Source: Pseudogymnoascus verrucosus (lineage: Eukaryota). From it: a stretch of 54,234 bases of DNA. The position numbers were made by a program, and so were the translations under genes. Location of the stretch: assembly GCA_001662655.1 (NCBI GenBank), contig KV460265.1; one strand, given 5' to 3'. Positions within the stretch are counted from its first letter, which is position 1. Every line of letters begins with the position of its first letter. Shown piece by piece: positions 44,911-54,234 of this stretch. Under the pieces are notes generated by a model. It was not told the DNA's origin. It saw nothing but the letters and a program-made list of their open reading frames with translations, and searched no databases.

Positions 44911-45397
44911 GTGGTTATGAATGCATATTGAAGATTCCTGAGAGATATAAGGGATAATGAGTTTTATGTCTTCGAGTTTACAACAATTCTTCATTTAGTA
45001 CTTCGTACAAGTGAAAATGCTCCTAATGACCTATCTTGAATATTTCTAAAAATAGATTTCAAGATGCTTAGCATATGTGGTTCTAGACCTCGAAACGGCA
45101 ATTTTGCCAGCCACCCGCCAAGGCGGTGTACCCATCCTTGATAGGAGAGGAACAATTTGCCCAGATCGTCAAGACATCACAATCTGCAAATTCCGCCTCC
45201 TTCTTTTCATCTCAGGAATTTGCAATCCGATAATATTTTTACTATATACCCTTCGCTCATGATACTGTTATAAAAAGATAACACCCACTGTCGCTACGGA
45301 CCATCAAGCACCCTTGATCACACCACGACACGAACGACCAACGTATCCGACACCCTTGCTTGGCCTGGATAAGAACCTTGCCCATCACCAAAAAACG

Positions 45398-46498
45398 ATG
45401 GTACTACCCAGCTTCAACGATGCGCGCGGGCAGTACAGCGTGTTGAGAGAGAAGGTAGACAGTCTACCCTTTCTCCAGCGAGCACGCATTCGTACCATCC
45501 AATTCCGCGAGCGGGTCGACAGGTCGGGCCTCTTGGGCAACGCACGCTTTCGCCTCCTCGCCGCATTCGTTACTCTCGCCTTCGTATGGCTCGTCGCAGG
45601 TATAAGCAGGACCGCTCCTGCTCCTTCAGCACCAGCAGCACCGGCAGCACCGCCGCCGCCTGTCCTGCCGCCAATGCCTATGATTGAGATTGCGGACTTA
45701 TTACGCGAGACCAAGTCCCTGGCCGCCAACGCGCCTGGACCATACGCGAATGGCACCTACTTCGAGTCCGACAGAGTCGCTGTGATCATCGAAGACCGCC
45801 CGCTTGAGAACCTGATACCCCTGATACTCCACTACTCTGCCGTCCTTGGCCCTGCCTGGCCCGTCGTCCTCTACACGTCCATGCCATCCATCCAGAACTC
45901 CTCCTCTCTTCGCCGCTCCCTTGAGGAGAAGCGTATCATGATCCGCTCCCTTCCAGTGGGTCTTAAGTTTGAGACACACTTCGACGTTACGAAGTTCCTG
46001 ACGCAGCCCTGGTTCTGGGAGCAGCTCGCCCCAGCGAAGAACGTTCTCCTTTTCCAGGCCGATGCCATGATCTGCGGCAATGCACACTTACGCGTAGACG
46101 ACTTCATGCACTACGACCTTGTTGGTGCGCCGATTCAATATGAAAAGTGGCATGGGCAGGGATACAATGGAGGTCTCTCGTTGCGCAATCGCCAGCTGAT
46201 TCTTGATATTATTGCTACGGATGTTGCGCTGCACCCGTTGGACCCGGAGGCGGAGGAGGATACGGACAGATACGAGGATCAATGGTACTTCATGCGAATG
46301 AGAGAGCGCGGAGCCAACCTACCTATCGAGGATGTGGCCAAGACCTTTGCGGTGCAGACACTGTACTACGAGTTCCCAATTGGATACCATCAACCGGAGA
46401 AGTTCCAGGCCGAGAACATGACACTGATTGAGGAGTGGTGTCCCGAGGTCAAGCTAGTGACGAACAAGCTTCTGAAGTGCGAGCCACCGATCTGCTAA
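45398..46498 (+). CDS. Type II membrane protein with DUF5672 (glycosyltransferase-like) domain
   Basis: TM segment LLAAFVTLAFVWLVAGI and a Pro-rich stem, then VAVIIEDRP, LLFQADAMIC, YDLVGAP, GYNGGLSLRN, EDQWY and AKTFAV. Confidence 0.85.
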   Translation: MVLPSFNDARGQYSVLREKVDSLPFLQRARIRTIQFRERVDRSGLLGNARFRLLAAFVTLAFVWLVAGISRTAPAPSAPAAPAAPPPPVLPPMPMIEIADLLRETKSLAANAPGPYANGTYFESDRVAVIIEDRPLENLIPLILHYSAVLGPAWPVVLYTSMPSIQNSSSLRRSLEEKRIMIRSLPVGLKFETHFDVTKFLTQPWFWEQLAPAKNVLLFQADAMICGNAHLRVDDFMHYDLVGAPIQYEKWHGQGYNGGLSLRNRQLILDIIATDVALHPLDPEAEEDTDRYEDQWYFMRMRERGANLPIEDVAKTFAVQTLYYEFPIGYHQPEKFQAENMTLIEEWCPEVKLVTNKLLKCEPPIC

Positions 46499-47390
46499 GG
46501 CAACTACTATGGGAGCGAACTGGGAATGGGGCGTTTTTGGCTGTTCGGCTAGAGAGGTATGCGTCAGAATACGCACGACGAGGTGGGGGGAATGGAGGGA
46601 ATACAGCTGATATGACGGACGATTTGACGATGGCGCTTCCATATGATACGCCGCGCTTTACGAAGATCGGGAGAGAGCGAATGCTATTTTTTCAAGAGTT
46701 AATTTTACATCTCGCACACACTCACTAGTCATATATTTCCAACACTGCGGATTTACTTGGATGGGGAAGGAGCGACTGGCATGGTACTACACAACGGGCA
46801 AGCGCAGCATCTATCACGCTTACACAACGCGGCGGCTTTTACAATGACTCTTACTATGCACTACGGGGGTGGGCGCGTGGGAGGGTGGTTGTCTCCAGGG
46901 TTTTAAGGTTTGACATTCAGGACTAGACGCAGCGGCGGCGCCATGTTATACGTCAGAGACAAGAAACTTCCCACCACTTTTGCCTGCCCTGGTACCTTTC
47001 CCCTTGCTGTTCCTTGGGGGGTGGGACCTTTTACCATGGTTAGTGGGCCCAGCCGCTCGTGGTGTTAGTCGATTTGACTGTCAAAGTCCCGTGGTGGGTG
47101 GCATGGCAGTCCATTTGAACATGAAGCATGTATATTAGGCGTTCCAAGCTCTCATTCTCTTTTGGATCATTTTCCTTTTTTTATTGTATCATAGAACACT
47201 ACGTGGGCAACACAGCGCGATATCTGTACCTTATAAAATACATACAACTTTTAACGACACCTCCTTGATTCACAATCTTGCAACCGTTTCTATTACCTCC
47301 CGACTTGCTTATTGCACACCTCGTCACCTCGTGTGAAGCTGTCCGCCATTTCTCTAAACTTCAGTTCATAAGAACATTTTTTCGGCTACA

Positions 47391-49457
47391 ATGGCTCCTG
47401 TGGGACAGGATGAAGGCGGTATTTTCTCTAAATTTGTCGAAACACTGAGGGGTGTTATTCGCAACATACCGCCTAGTCCGTCATCGTTGCCCTCTGGGCA
47501 GCAGCCCATGGCCTGGCCATCTGATACAACAGGAGAGGAATCTTCATCTCCTTCAGCCGATCCCGAGCGTATCTCCATCAGAGCCTTGTGGCCTCATGAG
47601 CCAGACTTGCCACTTGGCTCATCATCGACTTCTCAGTATGGACTACCCCATGCACTGGGACATACTCAAGTTGAGCATATGTATATCCCTAGTGGGGTAG
47701 AGAGGATTCAGCAAGATGCACTTGACGCTTTGAACAGCCTAAGTGTAGTCCATACCACAGATTATGAGACTTTGGCTGGTCTATCCTCCACCGCAGGTCA
47801 ACAGGTTTTGCCTTCGAAATTTTTCTTCGAGCATTATTTGTCTATCGCCAAATTTCGCGAGAACAACGAAGGCGCAATCACCTTCGACGACGACGACGAC
47901 GAAGAGTTTTTTTTCTGTCTGGGCCCGCCGAATGGCCGCCGCCACTACTCCCCGCCCCCTATCCTCGACACCTCATCGGAATCCCTGCCAGGGGACATGG
48001 ACCAGCCATTTTACGACTGGGATGAAGTGTTTGATTCCAATACGCCGGTGTCCAAAGAGTTAGATCCTGCCGCTCCAGTTTTTGAGTATCAACCCAGCCA
48101 CGCCTATATCCAAGATACGGCTCCAGGAGCATACGAGCAAGCTCTCCAGCCCCAGCACCCAATTTCCGAGCTCCTGGAACCCGAGTTTCCAGCAAAGACT
48201 GTAATCGCCCCGGATCCAGGAGTAGGTCAGCAACCTCTTCAGTCCCAGGATTCAGTCTCCGAGCCCCCAGAGCCCGAGCTTCCAACACAGGCTCTAAGCG
48301 CCCCGGCTCCCCAGCGTCATGCGCCGCAACAATATCGTGCACCACCGCTGCGTCACCTACCATTCCACCCTGATAATATAAGAAAGCGGAAGGAGGCGGA
48401 ACTCAGGGCCCAGCGCCAGCGTCAGGGAAATGGCGATAGTAATGGTTCTGCGAACGGTAATGGAAATGCTCGATCGCAGAAGTCACAAAATGGCAATGCG
48501 TCCTCTGGGCCGTCACAGGGGCCGTACAGGCCAACCGGATCCAATGGGTTTTTGGCAACTGCTACGCCGTCACGAGGCTCGTCGGGGTCAAGCCATTCTA
48601 TGGCACACGGCTCCCATAACGGGTCATCTGGATTTCAAAGAGCTCGCAACGGCTCCTTTAATCCTCTAGCTGCTTCGCCGTCGCCATCGTCTTCGGCGCT
48701 TAAACTCCGGAGCAACCCGCCTAGTCCTACTCGTTCTGGTCCATCCAAGCGCCCCAAGGCCGGCAGCAACTCACCTAAGACCACAGCTACCACAGACGCC
48801 GGCCTGTCAACCACGCCTACACTATCCTCTAGTCCGCCTCATAAGTTCAAGAAAACCGCCGGTTCATCAAATCTTCTAGAACGACCACCTACCCCTGGGC
48901 CGTCTGGAGAACCGAGGACAAAGCCTGCAACGAAAGGCAAGGCAAAGACGCATACCAAAGCAGCCAGTCCACCACGCTCACCTCCCGCACCGACCACTGG
49001 CACGACCGGAGTTCCTGCGGCGACTACCAGGCCGAATGGGGGCCATGCGAGAGGCCGGACGCGGCGCCAATCACCACCGGCCCAAGTCGCGGGGGTTTCG
49101 ACATCTACTGGCCAAAATTCGGCAGCTGCACCTCGGTCACCAACACAGATGCCGACTCAGACGAGAGCCAGCAACGGGACTGCGGGTGCTGGACCCTCGA
49201 CCGCAGGAAGTGGTGTTCCGGTCGAGCCTGCAAGAATCAATGGTCAAGAGTCGGTGGTGACAACTCGGCCACCCATGCCGCGGCCGACTCAGACGAGCAC
49301 CGGCGACGGAGTTGCGGATGCGGGACCTTCGGCTGGGGAAAGCAGTCCACAAGTTCGGCGCACAGGAAGGGAAGTGGCTAATGCGTTATTTGAGCAGCAG
49401 GTGGAGAAGCATAGGAGACTTCGGTCGATGGGTGGATACAAGAAGCTAGGGGGTTAA
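47391..49457 (+). CDS. Hypothetical, largely disordered Ser/Pro/Thr/Gly-rich protein (688 aa)
   Basis: 2-kb intact ORF with a good ATG context (ctacaATGg). Small internal repeats of about 31 aa and about 21 aa. No recognisable domain. Confidence 0.7.
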   Translation: MAPVGQDEGGIFSKFVETLRGVIRNIPPSPSSLPSGQQPMAWPSDTTGEESSSPSADPERISIRALWPHEPDLPLGSSSTSQYGLPHALGHTQVEHMYIPSGVERIQQDALDALNSLSVVHTTDYETLAGLSSTAGQQVLPSKFFFEHYLSIAKFRENNEGAITFDDDDDEEFFFCLGPPNGRRHYSPPPILDTSSESLPGDMDQPFYDWDEVFDSNTPVSKELDPAAPVFEYQPSHAYIQDTAPGAYEQALQPQHPISELLEPEFPAKTVIAPDPGVGQQPLQSQDSVSEPPEPELPTQALSAPAPQRHAPQQYRAPPLRHLPFHPDNIRKRKEAELRAQRQRQGNGDSNGSANGNGNARSQKSQNGNASSGPSQGPYRPTGSNGFLATATPSRGSSGSSHSMAHGSHNGSSGFQRARNGSFNPLAASPSPSSSALKLRSNPPSPTRSGPSKRPKAGSNSPKTTATTDAGLSTTPTLSSSPPHKFKKTAGSSNLLERPPTPGPSGEPRTKPATKGKAKTHTKAASPPRSPPAPTTGTTGVPAATTRPNGGHARGRTRRQSPPAQVAGVSTSTGQNSAAAPRSPTQMPTQTRASNGTAGAGPSTAGSGVPVEPARINGQESVVTTRPPMPRPTQTSTGDGVADAGPSAGESSPQVRRTGREVANALFEQQVEKHRRLRSMGGYKKLGG

Positions 49458-49715
49458 GCGTTTGCCACGAGTTGTTGATTTTGATTTTTGGCAGCGGTAG
49501 GATGGACTCACTTCAAACTGGCGGATGGTGCGTTCGACATTCGGTTTTTGAAGTCAACATTTACATGGATGGAAAGTTTGTTTTTTGATATATTGAACAG
49601 AATTTGCTAGAAATTGGTTCGAACTCGATTTATAGAAAATGTAATTCATTGCACTCATATCTTAATCCTCTTCAGCGGTTGCACTGTAGCATTCCTCTAT
49701 ATAGTCCATCTGTTC

Positions 49716-50671
49716 TCACAACTCAGGCGCACCATCATCATAAAGATCATTCCAATGCATAATTTCTTGAATCTTCACCTCACTCAAATTGGCATTAGCA
49801 AAATGCTCCCTTTGAGGCGTTCTGATCTTGCGGTGGACTTCTCCCGCCGTTTTCCAGCCAAAGAAGCCAGCCATCTCCCAGTCAATAACCCCAACAATCT
49901 TATCATTTTCAACTATGACGTTAGACTCATTGAAGTCATTGTGCATGAAAGCCAAGTCCGGATCAGTATTGCCGCTTGAGAAGAGGATTTCTCCTTCTCG
50001 TGCATAAATACGGCCATTTCTGAGGATGTTGGGGTCTTGGAGGACGTGGAGCGATTATGGCGTCCATCAGTCGGCTTCACGTCGTGTAACTGGCGAAGTA
50101 TCTCTCGTGATTGTTGTCTAAATGATTCCTTTTGGCCTTGCGATAGGTATGGCAATGCGATGTTCATACCAACGCCCGGGAGCCTTTCTTGGACCAGCAC
50201 CTGACGGCCGTTGAGCTTCAAGGGGTGCAAGTGTGAGATGTTGCAAAGTAGCGAGAGACAGGGGGGGAGAGCACGCACCTTGCCGGCAAAGAGGATCTCT
50301 GGTACTCTAACGTCTTTTAAGATGCTCTTGGCAATGGTAATCGCCTGCAGTTCGTTGGCATCAGCGTATGAGAAATCGATCTCCTTAATCTGGCCATTGC
50401 CTGAATTGTGAAGATGGCTGGACTTCACGATGACGCTACCAAGAGCGAAGACGTCGCGGCCGCCCTCGTCAGCGGGGTATATCCTAACGGCTTCATTGCA
50501 GAGTTCAACAACCGATGCCCAATATTGCAGTGATGCAGTCGACAGAGAGTTGATATGCTGGAGATCGACCTGAAAGTCGTCCGGCCTGGGGAAGTACCGG
50601 CCGTATAGCGGTACGTCTGCATACATGTCGGTGGCGGGGATATCACCTGGGTCCGAAGCGTATGGATTCAT
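49716..50671 (-). pseudogene. APH/choline-kinase-like phosphotransferase with a 1-nt frameshift near 50048; probable intron 50278-50216
   Basis: N-part DVRVPEILFAGK...LVQERLPGV. The C-part carries HNDFNESNVIV and GVIDWEMAGF in a different frame. Adding one C at cgc-tc-cac restores RSHVLQDPNIL. Confidence 0.8.
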
Positions 50672-50778
50672 TATAAAACAAATGAGGCAAATATCGGATG
50701 AGATGAGTGAGGAGCGGGGAGTTTGGTGATTGAAGTTAATTGGGGGTGCTCATGTCTTGGAAAAGGCGGATTTCAGAT

Positions 50779-51015
50779 CTATCTACTAAGCCGTAAAGCG
50801 GAGTACCTATCGACGCGGACACGAAGGGATTCGACGTTTGATTCCCTACTCTTCCCACCGTCCACATTTCCTTGAATTAGGCTGCAGCTGAGACACCCAT
50901 TCGCTGCAGATTTCTGTAGAGAGCCACATTTTACTAATACCGACCTTTCCTTCTTCTCTACGGGACTGCCCTTGCCAGTAGTCGAGGCGATACTAGCGCA
51001 TGTATCGCATGCCAT
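50779..51015 (-). pseudogene. Short Cys-rich fragment resembling the N-terminus of fungal HET-domain proteins
   Basis: MACDTC...LQKSAANGCLSCSLI pattern (CxxC ... SAxxGCxxCxxI). The ORF stops after about 78 aa with no HET domain. Confidence 0.4.
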
Positions 51016-52023
51016 CGTATACTTCTCTATGGTTGATCTTGACTCGAATATAATATTGTTGGAAGTAGCTTGGTCTGACAATAGAGCATTTCCATGGATA
51101 ATATATTCATTCGCCTATCTAGGCAACCATACTTATTTCAAGTCAGGAGGATGTGCAGCATGGCTCTCGAAGTATTCGTGCCCAATCACCATAAACCTTA
51201 ACCAAGAACTCTGCCTCGCAAAAACCAGTCTCCCGTTTCTAGTATGTAGATCGTGTTCACGGTCGACTCTTCCCCACATCTTCCCCACCTTAACCGCCGT
51301 CTCTGCCGTTAACCGCCTCTCCCGCTGAAACTCTGTCCATTGCCTCCGCCCCGTCCACTACCTTCGCTTCTGTTGTCGGTGGTTGCAGCACCACTGTGGC
51401 TCTAGATTCTGGGCACCTATGCCCATCACCGCTAGTCTTTACCCAGGTGTTACAGAGAACGCAGCGGCCAGCCATTTTATCTCGTCTAGGCTAAGGGGTG
51501 TTCTGTAAGGATCTTGGAGTGGACAAGGAATTCGGAACTCACGTTTCTGGGCTGCTATGTTGTATAATCCTCTTGTATTGGGAAAACTAATCGCTGGACT
51601 CTTTCTAAGGGTCTGGGTTCCTGTTATATATGGTCCATGAAGATGCGGTGTCTAGCGCGACGACATATGCGTGGTTGCTATTTACACGTGATGCTGCATA
51701 TAACTATTACCGCCCTCTATATATAGGTTAAGCGTCATGCAAGTGGCTACCGCCTATTCAGAGGTACTATTGGGGGACAGTAGGCGGTGGGGAGGCTGGC
51801 GATGTAAGTTGATTGGAAATGCTCATGCCTTAGAAAATGGCAGGTTTCAAATCTATTTACAAAAACGTGAGGCAGAGTACTATTACTCGGAGTAGAAGCA
51901 ATAACCCGTGGATGTCGAAACCAGCAGTCGACAGATAAATAGAGACGTGGTTTAGTCGAATTGGAAGGCTTGCTGCCAACAGGGCCCGCGTCTAGGTATG
52001 CACCGAGGCATCTATGCCTCGGT

Positions 52024-53443
52024 TTACTTAAACTTTCCTGCCACGCAATTTGCCACAATCCCCCGGTCAGTCCACACTCCATTTGAATATGTAGGTGTTT
52101 CTGATAGTTCGTAATTTGTGTCGAACGATCCTGCAGCCCATCCAATCCACCCCAGATACACATCGGCATTGTAGCTGCATAGGATATTAGACATTGCTTG
52201 CCCAGAACCGAAGAGTGTTATTTAAAGAACACGTCTAAACTTACTTCATCCAATCCAACTCAGAACACAGATTAGTATAGCAACTAGACGTGCTTCCACC
52301 TCCAGTTTCAGTCAGGAAACTAAAAGCCAACAAATTAGCCAATCGCTCAAATAAAGGTGGAGGTCATATACTCACGCCTGTCTCCCATTGCTCCTCAGCC
52401 AACCGGCAAGGGTATCCAAATTAGCCACACCATTGGTGCTGCAATCAGGGCTCGTGCCACTAAAATTCGAATCAAGGTATTGGTGGACATCAAAGATCAG
52501 ATTAGTCTTGCTTCCATCCAAGTTGTGCACGGCGCTCAGAGCGGAGGCAGATCCTGTGGGGATGAGACCACCCACGGACGTGTAGTCAGTGCCGGGGAGT
52601 AAAATCATTTGAGATTTGGCGCCGGCGTTGCGGATTGAATCAACAGCCCACTGAACTGTTGTGGCCCAGTCATTGATATTGAGGTCGTGAGGCTGTGATG
52701 ATTGTTAATGATTAGATACCACGGGGTATTACTTGATCGCTGGAATTTCTCACCTCATTCATAACCCCGAAGATAACCTTTGGCTGTCCTGCATACTTTG
52801 CTGCACTAAAAATAATTAGCTGAAACAGTCCCATCCAACTTGAAATCGGCAAGAATGCACTCACATCTGATACCACACGCTCGCGAAGTGGTTATTGGTG
52901 ACAGCACCACCCGATTGACCAATGACTTGGCCGCCCCAGCGAGCATAATTGTGAATGTCAACAACACAATAAGCACCTGTAGCCAAGCAACCCTGGACGA
53001 GCTGATCATACACAGCGAAGTTGTTACCATCCAAATTGCCACCAAGGACATTGTTCACAAGATACTGCCAGCAAACTGGGAGCCGGAACACGTTGAGACC
53101 ATGGTCACGAGCAAAATGGTTCATCTGCCCAAGGCCATCTGCGTGTCCTTGGGAGGACAAAGGCGCGGTGACGCTGGAGCTTGAGTAGTCTCCGTTTGTG
53201 TTGCCGCAGCCGAAATCAAAGCCGGCTTATCAAATATAGTCAGTTGAAAGATCCTGGGTCAGAGATTCTGTATCAGAGTGATCTCCTTACCAATATTTAC
53301 ACCAGCTATTATCAATATACGTTAGCATAGTTCGAGAATTTATATGGTCTAAATAGGTAAGGTAGAGGGATAATACCTAGCCAAACCTTTGCTGATGCAA
53401 CCTGCACCAGAGCCGCAAAGGCAAGTCTCTTCATGGTCACCAT
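52024..53443 (-). CDS. Secreted GH5 (subfamily 5-like) endo-beta-1,4-glucanase without CBM1; multi-exon, with a 15-nt micro-exon
   Basis: Signal peptide, then AGVNIAGFDFGC, NVFRLPVCWQYL, DIHNYARW, MNE/PHD (acid-base), FDVHQYLD, FLTETGGG (nucleophile) and WIGWAAGSF. Confidence 0.95.
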
Positions 53444-53550
53444 TTTCAGTAATCAGAAACAAGACTGTTGATTGTTGAAAGCTCGGGCCAATGGGTAGAT
53501 TCCAGGAGGTAGCTATGACTTAAACCCTTTTTCTGGTCGACCCTTTGGTT

Positions 53551-53966
53551 CTTATATACATGAGCGCCGCCATGAGAGATTATGGACGATATGCTTAAGT
53601 TTCCAAACCTCCAAGGATTAGGTTTCTGGGGCCGCCGTTCCCCGCGATAAATTAAAGATGGTGGCGTTCAGACCCGAATAACGCAGTGAGACAATACAAT
53701 CGAGGTCATTTACCTCTCGCCATATACCCCAGTTGTGGGTTGTGGATTGAAACCTTGTTGCTAGGACCAATTGAAACGTCGCTGTAGGGCCGATTGAGAA
53801 AGAAGAAAGGTTAAAATCTTAACTAGCCATTATAGTTCCTCATGCGCCTAAAATATTCGGCCTTATTTTTGGCTTTCGGACCTGTAATAGATCGTCGCAT
53901 CACACGTTCCTCTTAACGGATGTACCCCGCTTCTCCTCTTTACGTACATTTTGTAAGCCTGGCTAA
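53551..53966 (-). promoter_or_regulatory. Putative cellulase promoter elements: TATA-like box, four CreA (SYGGRG) sites and one XlnR-type GGCTAA
   Basis: TATATAAG at about 53551-53558 (minus). CTGGGG or GCGGGG on either strand at 53626, 53640, 53727 and 53925. GGCTAA at 53961. These are short motifs and can occur by chance. Confidence 0.4.
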
Positions 53967-54234
53967 GCAACTACTTTATAAGTTAGGAAGGTCCCCAATC
54001 CTTCGAAAATATAAACGGCGTTATCAAGCCGGCTCGTCGGCTCGCAATGCGCATGCATGTTGATGCATGTGTGATTCTAGGTTGTTAGAATAATCTTAAA
54101 AGCTTCCTTTATTTTATGTGGCTGTTAAATATTCAATAAAATACCTTCAAGTATTATCAAATATTTACCAACCTCTCAGAAAAAGAAGGGAGCTCTGGTA
54201 TAATTTAAATTAATCAGTGTTCGGCACGGATACC

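Noticed and set aside
1..54234. tRNA or rRNA genes and a DUF3435 Starship captain
   Set aside because: None were recognisable by eye. tRNAscan-SE, Rfam and HMM scans would be needed to exclude them fully.

Overview
Eukaryotic DNA from a filamentous ascomycete. GT-AG introns with CTAAC/CTGAC branch points, RIP-type TA-rich repeat relics and the gene set point to Pezizomycotina; the genus cannot be fixed from sequence alone. Conserved genes: CWC26/BUD13, TFG1, a Cid1-family nucleotidyltransferase, TAH18, an Sbp1-like RRM-RGG-RRM protein, GCS1, ENP1, a DUF5672 protein and a GH5 endoglucanase. These are interleaved with orphan-like ORFs. An AT-rich island at about 20.6-29.3 kb holds a full-length RIP-killed Fot1/Pot2-type transposon, a RIP-killed patatin-like phospholipase gene and an intact divergent reductase + GST pair. 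Four signals stand out. (1) An array of 7 clear and up to 10 stem-loops at 6.25-6.88 kb has a near-invariant 13-nt loop (CCRGGAAYGAGTT) on divergent but co-varying stems, directly upstream of an enlarged nicotinamide-riboside-kinase-like gene. (2) Two repeats resembling the retrotransposon Gag capsid C-terminal domain are inserted inside the Cid1-family enzyme. (3) The AT-rich island could be a Starship relic. (4) The first intron of the RRM gene has competing RNA helices. All family assignments come from motif recognition by eye, not database searches.
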